From Obrimoposthia wandeli (Eukaryota), in NCBI GenBank assembly GCA_977020255.1, contig CDROCS010003914.1:1-64000 (forward strand): a stretch of DNA of 64,000 nucleotides. Reading direction: 5' to 3'. Every line of letters starts with the position of its first letter. Within the stretch, counting starts at the first letter, position 1. Shown here piece by piece: positions 1-10,257 of the stretch. The position numbers were made by a program, and so were the translations under genes. The notes below the pieces were generated by a model. That model was not told the DNA's origin. It saw nothing but the letters and a program-made list of their open reading frames with translations, and searched no databases.

Positions 1-104
1 CAGCTAGATCAACAATTAGGGCAACTTAGTAAGAAGTATTGTTTCGTCACTTGGCTGATGAAGATGCACAAAAGCCTAAAGTTGAATGGTTAGTTGCAGA
101 ATAA
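1..104 (+). CDS. 3' end of an unidentified CDS entering from the left edge (apparently frameshifted)
   Basis: Reads QLDQQLGQLS in one frame then EVLFRHLADEDAQKPKVEWLVAE-stop (TAA 102-104) in another; a hairpin follows at 159-184. Product not recognised. Confidence 0.25.
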
Positions 105-158
105 GCGGCTCCAGAAGTAATAGTTGAAGAACCACTAAAAGCAGGTTTAAAAATTGCG

Positions 159-184
159 AAAAAAACGGGCCAATGCCGTTTTTT
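159..184. terminator. Probable bidirectional intrinsic terminator
   Basis: AAAAAAACGGGC-CAAT-GCCGTTTTTT, a stem with A and T tracts between convergent ORFs. Confidence 0.6.
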
Positions 185-211
185 GTGCCATATTAAATGT
201 AATGCATTTGA

Positions 212-478
212 TTAATACAGTGCAGTAGCATCTTTAGCCATATCAATTAATAAATCTAGAAATAACTTGTCTGCTTCTGAATGCTCAACAGGTATTTTTA
301 CATTTGTTAATGCTGAAAACTCATCGGCAATTAATACGCGAGCGTTGTTATCATGAACATGCTTGGCTGCAATTTCCATGGCAATAACACATATTTCTGG
401 TTCTGAAAAAATCTTACGAATAACCAGCGCTAATTCCGCAATGGCACGTTCTTTATTAATGATATCTGCACTTAACAT
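212..478 (-). CDS. Hypothetical protein (88 aa)
   Basis: Intact ORF with AGGAG Shine-Dalgarno just upstream of the ATG on the minus strand; ends near the terminator; family not recognised. Confidence 0.65.
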   Translation of the reverse strand: MLSADIINKERAIAELALVIRKIFSEPEICVIAMEIAAKHVHDNNARVLIADEFSALTNVKIPVEHSEADKLFLDLLIDMAKDATALY

Positions 479-932
479 AGTTTGTCTCCTAAATAGATAT
501 TAGCCAAATATACTGCTGTATTGGCATGACGCATCTGAATATTAAAAAATAGTGAAATTATCTGAATGTTTGCTGCTTTTTCGCCTTTTTCACTTTGTAG
601 ATTGGTTGAATAGCACTAGGCAAAATGCGAAAATATTTTCCTTAATTTTAGCTTATCTAAAATTAACCTTCACTTGTGTCTAGTAGGTAACCCCGAATGA
701 CAAAAAGTGAAAAAGCAAACCCAGCTTAGTCCAGAAGTCTGTTGGTAGAGAAGATCCTCTTACCTTCATTCATACGAACGTGGTACTAAGGCAATAAAGA
801 GAATGCCTAAATTGATGGAAAATCCGTCACTGTCAGCAGCGTAACAACGCTTAGCGACAGTCATGTTCTTCCTACAGAATCTCTGAACTTTTCATTCGCC
901 GAGTTTTACGGCGACGATTTGAGGGTAACAAA

Positions 933-2650
933 GTGGAATTATTATCAGGCGCAGAAATATTGATTCGCGCTCTACAAGATCAAGGTATAACTAAGATATA
1001 CGGATACCCAGGTGGATCTGTATTACATATTTACGATGCGTTATTTCAGCAAAATGAAATAGAGCATATTTTAGTGCGCCATGAACAAGCAGCTACTCAC
1101 ATGGCAGATGCCTATGCACGCGCAACAGGTAAAGCGGGTGTGGCATTAGTGACATCAGGTCCTGGTGCGACGAATGCAATTACAGGTATTGCTACCGCGT
1201 ACACTGATTCAATTGCAATGGTGGTTATTACAGGTCAGGTGCCTAGCCATTTAATAGGAGAGGATGCTTTTCAAGAAACAGACATGATAGGTATTTCACG
1301 GCCAGTGGTAAAACACAGCTTTACTGTGAAGCACCCTTCTGAAATTGCTGAAATCATTAAAAAGGCTTTTCATATAGCGGAGTCTGGTCGTCCAGGTCCT
1401 GTCGTTATCGATGTGCCTAAAGATATGACCAATCCTACGGATAAATTTGAATACGTTTATCCTAAGTCAGTGAAAATGCGCTCTTATAATCCAGTGTCTA
1501 AAGGGCATAGTGGACAAATTAAAAAAGCATTTGATTTACTGATAAATGCTAAAAGACCTATCCTTTATACAGGTGGCGGTGTGTTGATTGGCCGTGCTTG
1601 TGAAGAATTAGTCGAATTAGCACAAGCGCTAAACTACCCAGTAACTAACACATTGATGGGCTTGGGTGGATACCCTGGTACCGATCGTCAATTCGTGGGT
1701 ATGCTAGGTATGCATGGTAGCTATGAAGCTAACATGACAATGCACCACAGTGATTTTATTCTTGCTGTCGGCGTGCGTTTTGACGATCGCGTAACAAATG
1801 GTTTAGATAAATTCTGCCCTACGGCAAAATTATTCATATTGATATAGATCCAACATCAATCTCCAAAAATGTAAGAGCTGATGTGCCTATCGTTGGGCCT
1901 GCTAAAGTTGTGTTACAAGATTTTTTGAAGCAGCTTAAAGCAAGTAAAGCTCAGCCAGATGCGCAAGCATTAGAAACTTGGTGGAAGCAGATAGATGAGT
2001 GGCGCACGCGTCATGGTGGTCATTATGAAACTGATGACTCCGAGCTTATGAAGCCACAGCAAGTAATTGAAATGCTGAGTAAAGTCACCAATGGTGAAGC
2101 TTACGTCGCTTCTGATGTTGGTCAGCATCAAATGTTTGCAGCTCAATATTACAAGTTTAACAAACCTAACCGTTGGATCAACTCGGGTGGTTTGGGTACA
2201 ATGGGCTTTGGTTTTCCTGCTGCAATGGGAGTGAAACTGAATTTCCCTGATGCTGATGTTGCTTGTGTTACAGGTGAAGGTAGTATTCAGATGAATATTC
2301 AAGAACTTTCAACTTGTAAACAGTACGATATCCCCGTGAAAATTATTTGCTTGAATAATGGATCGTTAGGAATGGTGCGTCAGTGGCAAGATATGAACTA
2401 CGAAGCGCGTCACTCTCATTCATACATGGAGTCACTACCTGATTTTGTTAAGTTAGTTGAGTCTTACGGTCATGTTGGGATCAAAGTTGAAAAGTATGAA
2501 GATCTTGAAGATGCCATGCGTAAAGCATTTGCCATGAAAGGTAAATTAGTCTTTATGGATATAAAGATAGATCATCTGAGCACGACATCAATGCAGATTC
2601 CCCGCGGTGCGATGCGCGATATGTTGCTTTCTAAGACAGAGAGGACTTAA
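933..2650 (+). CDS. ilvI: Acetolactate synthase III large subunit (split by a frameshift near 1826-1829)
   Basis: Motifs [50 protein letters not shown]. Adding one A to the A-run at 1826-1829 restores [25 protein letters not shown] and joins the two ORF-track pieces. Confidence 0.95.
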
Positions 2651-2652
2651 TC

Positions 2653-3155
2653 ATGCGTCATATACTATCGGTATTACTGGAAAATGTAAGACACGGTTCT
2701 TTATCGCGTGTGGTTAGTTTGTTCTCGCAGCGTAACTTCAATATAGAGTCATTGACAGTTGCTGCTACAGATGATGAAACGCTTTCACATTATTTACTAT
2801 CACCACTTCAGGTGTTGATAAAGTAGTGGAGCAGATCACTAAGCAGTTAAACAAGTTAGTGGATGTGGTTAAAGTTGTTGATTTGACGGAAGGCGATCAC
2901 ATTGAGCGTGGAAACTAATGATGATCCAAATATAAAGCTACTGGTGCCGACGCGCGATGAAATCAAGCGAACAGCAGATATTTTTAGAGGTCAGATCATC
3001 GATATCACCCCTAGTACCTATGTGGTGCAGCTGGTGGGATCGAGTAGCAAGTTAGACGCGTTTATTGAAGCGTTAGGTACAGCTTAAGCTTAATTGAAGT
3101 TGTACGTACTGGCGTTTCTGGTATTGCTCGCGGTGAAAAAGTACTAAGTGTTTAA
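2653..3155 (+). CDS. ilvH: Acetolactate synthase small regulatory subunit (several frameshifts)
   Basis: Manual translation across frames: [33 protein letters not shown]...[16 protein letters not shown]...[17 protein letters not shown]...[20 protein letters not shown]-stop; directly follows ilvI. Confidence 0.9.
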
Positions 3156-3198
3156 TTGCGTGTAATTTTAAACATTACTTAAGCAATGTTTGAAATAT

Positions 3199-3233
3199 AA
3201 AAAAGCCTTAGTCATTTGATTAGGGCTTTTTTT
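3199..3233. terminator. Bidirectional intrinsic terminator after ilvH
   Basis: AAAAAAGCCTTAGTCA-TT-TGATTAGGGCTTTTTTT between convergent genes. Confidence 0.8.
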
Positions 3234-3252
3234 GCTTAACTTTTCAAAGCTG

Positions 3253-4027
3253 TTACATACGTCCGTAAAAAGTCATTCTAGCGGATTCAGATAGCGCGAC
3301 ATCAGGCTGAGAGTTATAAGCTAATACAACTAGCATTCTTGTCGTATCTCCCTGGGTAGGCGTAACTCTATGCATGGCGTTCCTGCCACGAAATAAAGAA
3401 AGTGTACCCGCTTGAGCTTGTAAGGTTTTAACAGCTGTTTTGCCTGATAACACATCTGTAACCCCTGAGTAATTCATTTCGCCTTTATCGGCATCTCGCA
3501 GGTTTTCAACATATTCAAAATCACCTCCTGCTTGCGGTGGTTGAAGCAGTAATGTGATGGCAAAAGATGACTCATCAAAATGCCAGCCGAGCTCTTGGCC
3601 TTCACTGGCATAATGCAAATTGATTGAAGAGAGCTTGTCTGCATAATTATGTAGTTGTTGCTCACCAAAAATTTTTGCTAAAAAAGTGCGAAATATCGGC
3701 GAATCATAAAGTGTTCTCAAAGGAGAATCTTCAGGTATTTGATCGTCGGTAATACAGCCCTTTGAGGAGTTTACTAATAGATTGCGCACGTGATCAACAG
3801 AGAAACTAGGATCGCTTTCTTTTAAGTAAACGTTATGGCGGCTGGTGGAATAAAAAGCCAAATGCTGATTATCTATTCCTTCAGTAACAACTTTCTCAAT
3901 CGCCTTAGGCGTTAAAGTCCTTTATTTTTAAGCCTGTTTAATGTCAATTCTGTTGCATTGATCAGTGAATGCACAGTCATCGATAGGATAACTCTCTAAA
4001 TGTACAATATTATTAGAATTGTTACAT
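3253..4027 (-). CDS. 2-oxoglutarate/Fe(II)-dependent oxygenase (BesD/HalD-like fold, HxD triad); 5' part frameshifted
   Basis: WHFD...MHRVTP...R motifs in ORF 3253-3861. Broken upstream frames (NNIVHLESYPIDD...LTPKAIEKVVTEG) extend to an ATG at 4027 with an AAGGA SD. Confidence 0.75.
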
Positions 4028-4143
4028 TAGCGGTCCTTATCATTGTTTTAGGTAAGAATAAGTAATGACAAAATGATTTGAAAGCGATAGTTTCTATCTC
4101 TTGTCGTAAGTAAACCTTAATAATAATTATCAAGGCTTAAATT

Positions 4144-5116
4144 GTGAATAGCAGACTTCCTCCTCTAGGTGCATTACTTGCATTTGAAAGTGCAGCGCAA
4201 TCAACGAGTTTTGCCAGTGCTGCAAAGAAACTTTTCGTCACACCCGCAGCGGTAAGTCAGCGAATTCGGTTATTGGAAGAACAGCTACAAGTTGTATTAT
4301 TTGATCGATCAAAAATCTGGAGTAAAGTTAACTAGGGCAGGTGAGCGCTATTTAATTTTTGTAAGCAAAGCGTTTGAGGAGCTTAGGTTAGGGCAGCAAC
4401 AGCTAGAACAGTTTAGCAATCAGCATGTACTCACTATTTCTGCACGCCTTCGGTAAGCTCAAAAATGGTTAATGCCGTTAGTTTTGCAGTGGATGGATCT
4501 AAATCCTTTAATGGAAATTCGGGTTGAAGCTAGCCATAACAAAGTAAATTTCAATCACAGTGCGTGTGATATGTGTAGTTTTGGTGATGCGGGTTTTAAC
4601 AATTTGTACAAAGAGCAGCTGTTGCTTGATAGTGTCACAATGGTTTTAAGTCCCAAGCTTATTGCAGCAAGTATTAACAACAGATTTAGATGCAATAGTA
4701 ACGCTACCTATGATCCATGTAGATTGAGGAGATGATAACGCCAATCTACCGCAGTAGAATGATTGGTTAAATGCGGTATCAATGCAGAACAGTAAAATTC
4801 AAGTAGGTCTCGGTTTAATCTATCTAGTATGGCGATTGATGCTGCTGTTCAAGGAAAAGGAATATTACTAGCGCAGCATTTATTAATTGAGCAGGAGCTA
4901 AAATCGGGGCTTTTAATAAGCCCTTGTGAAGTGAGTTTACCTTTAGGCGAGCCTTACTATTTAGTTTATCCACAGCGTAGTTTAGATAACCCACAAGCAT
5001 GCGCTTTTATTGAGTGGATTAAAAAAGCGTTAATAAACTCAACTAATATTAAGTACTCAAAACGCTACTGCAATTTCCAAAATGCTTGGATAATTGGGTT
5101 TTTAAGTTTTCTCTAA
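4144..5116 (+). CDS. GcvA-like LysR-family regulator (multiple frameshifts; 3' end uncertain)
   Basis: RLPPLGALLAFESAAQSTSFASAAKKLFVTPAAVSQRIRLLEE helix-turn-helix; substrate-binding pieces in three ORF fragments ending MAIDAAVQGKGILLA...YYLVYP. Confidence 0.8.
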
Positions 5117-5955
5117 TGTAAACAAACCAATATTAAAGGGCGCTAATTTGTAGGGTGGATTCACCACGGTCACTGATTCGCGTAGCGGAGCTAATGTGTG
5201 AGTACTATTTGCGGCACAATACCTACTCAAAACCCTAAGCTTACCATGCTAGTAATAGCTTCATTGCCCGCTACTTGCGCATATATTTTGGGTGTGACGC
5301 CAATATTGACAAACCAGTCGTTAATACTTTTTCTAGCCACACCTTGCTCAGATAAAATCATGGGGATTTGCTGCCAGCTTTGTTGCATCAGTTCAGGAGA
5401 TTGAGTGTTGGCCAGTGTGATTAAATGCTGGTTGTCGCGAGGTGCAATGAACAATAATTCTGAGCTGGCTATTGACTGAAAAGTAATGCCTTGCGGTAAT
5501 TTTTCAGGCTTTGCTCCCATGGTTATATCTTCAATACCCGACATTGATTTTGCTAAAGCGTGCTCAGAATCACCAGTATGTAACTTTAGTTCCACTTGTG
5601 GATATTTGATTCTAAACTTTCGTAATATGTCGTATAAAAAGCTATAACTCGCAGTAACTGAGCAGTAAACACTAAGCTCACCACTTAAGTTGTGGCTGTT
5701 TTCTTGGAGTGATGAACGGATAATCTCCCACTGGTTTATCGTTTCATTCGCGTAGAGGATAAAGTCTTTGCCTGCTTTGGTTAACGTTACGCTGCGATTA
5801 TCTCTCTCAAAAAGCTTTACACCTAAACTATCTTCGAGCTGCATAATATTTCGACTAAGAGCTGATACACTAAGATGTGATACTTCACTAGCTCGCCCGA
5901 AGTGCAGGGTGTCAGCTAAATTTAAGAACAGTTTTAAATTTTTAGTATCCATCAC
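5065..5955 (-). CDS. ilvY: LysR-family activator IlvY (C-terminus frameshifted near 5230)
   Basis: LFLNLADTLHFGRAS, SGELSVYCSVTASYS, LHTGD, YAQVAGNEAI..MVSLG are IlvY-typical. The shifted continuation GIVPQIVL..SPL...KNPIIQAFWKLQ stops at 5065-5067. Confidence 0.85.
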
Positions 5956-6163
5956 ACAGCTCTGTTGAAAATAAACAACACAGTATATTACTAGTAGCGA
6001 GAGCTAGCTAATACTAATCATCCGATATTTAGTAGCAACGTGTTGTGTTATTGATTTAGGATGATGTAGTAAGTGTCATTTACCAGCTTGTTATGTGTTT
6101 TCTAGATACAGTTTTGAAATACTTGTTATTAAAGTAACGACCTATGGCCTTAATAAATAGCTA

Positions 6164-6322
6164 GTGCTCATCCTGAAACGGGGTCGTCGCGAGAGCGTCC
6201 CAATGATTCAAGATACGTACTACTAGATATGGGCGTTTGGTTATTCCAAACAACTAGATCTAGTCGTGAGTAGATTGAGTTAGTGAGGCGTTCGCAGTAG
6301 ACATCCGTTTCTGGATGGACAC
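6164..6322. mobile_element. MITE-like non-autonomous element, copy 1 (159 bp)
   Basis: Imperfect terminal inverted repeats GTGCTCATCCTGAAACG / GTGTCCATCCAGAAACG; flanked by direct repeat TAGCTA (6158-6163, 6323-6328); homologous, inverted, to 39409-39566 and 44400-44545. Confidence 0.8.
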
Positions 6323-6502
6323 TAGCTAGTAACAAGGAGAAGGCTAACAATGCATACGCCCATAAAGAATGAATCGAAACGCTCATCATTAATTCTTAAG
6401 GCGCTATAAAAACAATTTTGCTGAAAACTGTATCTAAAGTTAGGTTTGCTGCGTAGATATATTTATAGACCATTTGTCAATGCAGCAATCTTAAGGTGAC
6501 CC

Positions 6503-7507
6503 ATGTTAATACTAGAACAGCAGAAAATTAAATCGTCTGAAATTACCTCTGAGTCAATTTATCAGCAGCGTAGAAGTTTCATGAAAGTAGCGCTTGGTGT
6601 TACATCAGCTGTTGCCTCTTCAAGTGTACTTGCCTTGACAAATTATGAGTTAGAAGATGAAAAGCGTTATCCCGGCCCCAAGTGGTTACAACAGAAATTA
6701 CAAAATTCTGTTAAACATCCAAACTTTCAAGCGAAAGATAAACTGACCCCTTATAAAGATGTCACTAGTTATAATAACTTTTACGAATTTGGCACGAGTA
6801 AAGATGAACCAGCAAAGCGTGCTCAAAAATTTGTAACTGACCCTTGGATGGTTGAAGTTTCAGGTGAAGTGGCCAAGCCTGGGAATTATCATTTAGAAGA
6901 TTTTGTACAGCCTCATACATTAGAAGAGCGTATTTGTCGTTTACGTTGTGTTGAAGGTTGGTCGATGGTTATTCCTTGGATGGGAGTGTCGCTAGCTGAT
7001 GTTATAAAACGTTTTGAACCAACCAGTAAAGCAAAATATATTGAGTTCACAACGTTACATGATCCAGAGCAAATGCCAGAGCAAAACGCTACTTTCGGCA
7101 CGCTAGACTGGCCGTATGTTGAAGGATTGAGATTAGACGAAGCAATGAATCCACTCGCATTTTTGGCGACAGGTTTATACGGACAGGGATTACCACCGCA
7201 AAACGGAGCGCCATTGCGCTTAGTTGTTCCTTGGAAATATGGTTTCAAAAATATTAAATCGATTGTCAAAATTCGTTTTACTGAAACAATGCCTAGAAAT
7301 ACTTGGTACGAGACAAACCCGAGAGAGTATGGTTTTTATGCTAACGTAAACCCAGCAGTTGATCATCCTCGTTGGAGCCAAGCAACTGAAAGACGCCTTC
7401 CTAGTGGGCTTTTCTCACCTAATAGAATTGAAACGCTGCCTTTTAATGGATATGCAGAAGAGGTTGCGCATCTTTATAAAGGTATGGATTTAGATAAATG
7501 GTACTAA
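6503..7507 (+). CDS. msrP: Protein-methionine-sulfoxide reductase catalytic subunit MsrP
   Basis: Tat-type RRSFMK signal, [44 protein letters not shown]. Confidence 0.97.
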   Translation: MLILEQQKIKSSEITSESIYQQRRSFMKVALGVTSAVASSSVLALTNYELEDEKRYPGPKWLQQKLQNSVKHPNFQAKDKLTPYKDVTSYNNFYEFGTSKDEPAKRAQKFVTDPWMVEVSGEVAKPGNYHLEDFVQPHTLEERICRLRCVEGWSMVIPWMGVSLADVIKRFEPTSKAKYIEFTTLHDPEQMPEQNATFGTLDWPYVEGLRLDEAMNPLAFLATGLYGQGLPPQNGAPLRLVVPWKYGFKNIKSIVKIRFTETMPRNTWYETNPREYGFYANVNPAVDHPRWSQATERRLPSGLFSPNRIETLPFNGYAEEVAHLYKGMDLDKWY

Positions 7508-8133
7508 CTCAAAAAATTAAGCAAAGGGTGCTTTGGTGGCTAATATTCAGCAGCGCTTTAATTCCCGTTATAATATTAACCATAGGGGCGGTGCAACAAG
7601 ACTTAGGCGCCGACCCCGCTAAGGTCATCGTGCTCGATTTAGGAGTATGGGCACTAAACTTTCTGTGGATTTCGTTAGCAATAACGCCCTTTCGTAAGTT
7701 CTTTGGTTGGAAAATTTTAGCTAAGTATCGAAGAATGATGGGGTTATACTGCTTTTTTTACCTGACGTTACATATATTAGCTTTCACCACTTTTATTGTT
7801 GGTTGGCGAATATCTATTTTAGTAACCGAAATAACTGAAAGACCTTATGCAATTGTTGGGTTCATCGCTTTCTTATTGTTGTTACCACTAGCCATAACAT
7901 CGACAAAAGGGATGCAGAAGCGGCTGAAAAAGAATTGGCTTAGTTTGCATAAGTTAGTTTATGCTGTATCTCTATTAGCGTTGTTACACATAGTGTGGCA
8001 AATACGATCAGACTACTCTGAAGCATTAGTTTACGGATTAATACTTAGCTGGCTGTTAGGTTACCGATATTATAAAAAGTTAGCCGCTAATAAAGCACGC
8101 GACTTCAAGAAGAGTGTAGCAACACATAACTGA
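7498..8133 (+). CDS. msrQ: Heme-binding membrane subunit MsrQ
   Basis: [29 protein letters not shown]; overlaps the msrP stop. Confidence 0.95.
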   Translation: MVLTQKIKQRVLWWLIFSSALIPVIILTIGAVQQDLGADPAKVIVLDLGVWALNFLWISLAITPFRKFFGWKILAKYRRMMGLYCFFYLTLHILAFTTFIVGWRISILVTEITERPYAIVGFIAFLLLLPLAITSTKGMQKRLKKNWLSLHKLVYAVSLLALLHIVWQIRSDYSEALVYGLILSWLLGYRYYKKLAANKARDFKKSVATHN

Positions 8134-8190
8134 TAATCTTCTTATGTCGCGACGAATTTGATATTTTACCTTAATATTAAGGGAGCAGTC

Positions 8191-8403
8191 ATGACAGAGA
8201 AGTCAAAGGTAGATGAAAAAAAGTTAAGTTGGTTACATATGCTTTTGAGTGTTTGTAGCGCTTTTCTTGGTGTGCAATCGGATAAAAATTTAACATCAGA
8301 TTTTACCAATGGTCGATTATGGCCATTTATTATTCTTGGGTTGTTCGTTGTCGTTATCTTTATTTTAGTGCTGGTATTTATCGTAAAACTAATACTGATC
8401 TAA
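8191..8403 (+). CDS. DUF2970-like small membrane protein
   Basis: SAFLGVQSDKN...DF..G motif with hydrophobic C-terminus; ATG 8191 preceded by GGAG; a gene of this type commonly neighbours cox operons. Confidence 0.75.
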   Translation: MTEKSKVDEKKLSWLHMLLSVCSAFLGVQSDKNLTSDFTNGRLWPFIILGLFVVVIFILVLVFIVKLILI

Positions 8404-9105
8404 GTTAAAATACTAATACCGTTTATTCTAAATAAGCGGGGTTAAATTGAGATTTAAAATACCATTATAAACCTATAAAGTAGATTATTTACTCGATATT
8501 CCTTGAGTAGTATTTACGAATAAAGGCGTGCCTTAATATTATGTTAAGTCTGAAAGTAATTGAAATAACTTACTTTTAGCTTTTTGAGCGCTTTTATTAT
8601 AAATATCAAATCCTCCAAAACACCGCAAATTTATTTTACTAACAGCGCTCACTCTCAACATTCATCACTGTTCTGGGAAAATCAACCGTTAATTGTTGAT
8701 TTTCTACGATATTCAATTTTATAAAATATCAATATTTATTTTGATTTATCACATATTTTCTGTCTATAATTTGCTCTATATCAAGAAAAAGAACATGAAG
8801 TTGTGAACAAATCAGGCATTAATAGCCTTCTCTAACTCATGTAGTACTACTGATAATAATAATAATAGATAGTTTTAATCCAGGTATGAGACCGTAGTGA
8901 GAGAGTTTCTCTATGAATTTAAATGCATACTAAGAAGTATTGTTGTTTAGTTACCTTAAATATCGATATCCAATTAGTGTCAAAATTCATGTAAAGAGCA
9001 GCTTGAAATAGGAATCCAATTCTAGATAGAAACTATAAGTAGATTTGAATTTGATAGGCTTTCTGTGCCACTTTCTTTTAGTTAAGAAGGAGACAGGGAG
9101 TAATA

Positions 9106-10248
9106 ATGAACTTATTTTCATCAGCGAAAATGGCAACTGGCTTGGCAAAAGTGCAGTTGACTTTACTTTTAGCTTTCACTGTTCCATCCGTTAGCGCCGA
9201 TTGGCAGCTCAATATGCGTGAAGGTGTGACTGAAATCAGTCGCTCCGTTTACAGCCTACATATGATTATTTTTTGGATTTGTGTGGTGATCGCAATGGTT
9301 GTGTTTGGGGTTATGCTTTGGTCTGTTGTTTACCATCGTAAATCTCGTGGCGCAAAAGCGGAAAATTTTCACGAAAATATCTATGTGGAAATTGCTTGGA
9401 CAGTTATCCCTATTGTTATACTCATTGGCATGGCTGTTCCTGCGACGGCCACACTCAAAAAAATGTACGATTCTAGTGAGTCTGATTTAGATATTCAAAT
9501 AACGGGTTATCAATGGAAATGGCGTTATCAATATCTAGAATCCGGCGTTGATTTCTTCTCAAGCCTCGCAACCCCCATTGAACAAATCCAAGGTAAAAGT
9601 GAAAAAACGGAGAACTATCTGCTTGAGGTAGATAATCCGTTAGTCATACCTTTAGGTAAAAAAGTACGCTTTCTAATTACCGCAAACGATGTAATACACT
9701 CGTGGTGGGTACCTGACTTCGCCGTAAAAAAAGATGCCATACCTGGTTTTATAAATGAATCGTGGGTAAGGGCTGAAAAAGCCGGGATTTATAGGGGCCA
9801 ATGCGCTGAACTATGTGGTAAAGATCACGGCTTTATGCCAATAGTTGTTGAGGTTAAATCCGAAGCGGATTACCAAGCTTGGATTAAAAAACAGCAATTG
9901 GCGCAAATAGAAAAAGCCAAATCTGCTGAGAAGCGCTGGACTTTGGATGAACTTATGGTGTCCGGTAAAGAAATATATACGAAAAACTGCGCCGCTTGTC
10001 ATCAAGCTAACGGAGAGGGTGTACCAGGAGCATTTCCGGCGCTTAAAGGAAGTGAAATTGTACAAGGGGATCCCGCTGCACACATTGATATGGTGTTAAA
10101 TGGCAAAGCTGGAACGGCAATGCAAGCTTTTAGTGACCAGCTTAGCGCCACGGAATTGGCAGCTGTTATTACCTACGAGCGCAACGCTTGGGGTGATTCT
10201 CTAGGTGACATCATTTCCCCTAGCCAAATTGCAAAGTTGAAGCAGTAG
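9106..10248 (+). CDS. coxB: Cytochrome c oxidase subunit II with C-terminal cytochrome c domain
   Basis: DVIHSWW, CuA motif CAELCGKDHGFM, heme c motif CAACH. Confidence 0.97.
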   Translation: MNLFSSAKMATGLAKVQLTLLLAFTVPSVSADWQLNMREGVTEISRSVYSLHMIIFWICVVIAMVVFGVMLWSVVYHRKSRGAKAENFHENIYVEIAWTVIPIVILIGMAVPATATLKKMYDSSESDLDIQITGYQWKWRYQYLESGVDFFSSLATPIEQIQGKSEKTENYLLEVDNPLVIPLGKKVRFLITANDVIHSWWVPDFAVKKDAIPGFINESWVRAEKAGIYRGQCAELCGKDHGFMPIVVEVKSEADYQAWIKKQQLAQIEKAKSAEKRWTLDELMVSGKEIYTKNCAACHQANGEGVPGAFPALKGSEIVQGDPAAHIDMVLNGKAGTAMQAFSDQLSATELAAVITYERNAWGDSLGDIISPSQIAKLKQ

Positions 10249-10257
10249 GAGATTCAG

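Noticed and set aside
102-230. In-frame continuation after TAA 102-104 (AAPEVIVEEPLKAGLKIA...) suggesting readthrough
   Set aside because: It lies in the error-rich contig end, so a base error or chance is far more likely than recoding.
480-932. Possible leader-peptide attenuator upstream of ilvI
   Set aside because: The short ATG ORFs found (MTKSEKANPA, MPKLMENPSLSAA) have no Leu/Ile/Val runs and no clear terminator precedes the start.
6168-6389. 73-aa minus-strand ORF
   Set aside because: It overlaps the non-coding MITE; the homologous copies do not preserve the frame.
8771-8784. FNR/Anr-like box TTGCT-N4-ATCAA upstream of coxB, and a GATAAT-rich Fur-like run near 8852
   Set aside because: Mismatched matches in very AT-rich DNA; not distinguishable from chance.
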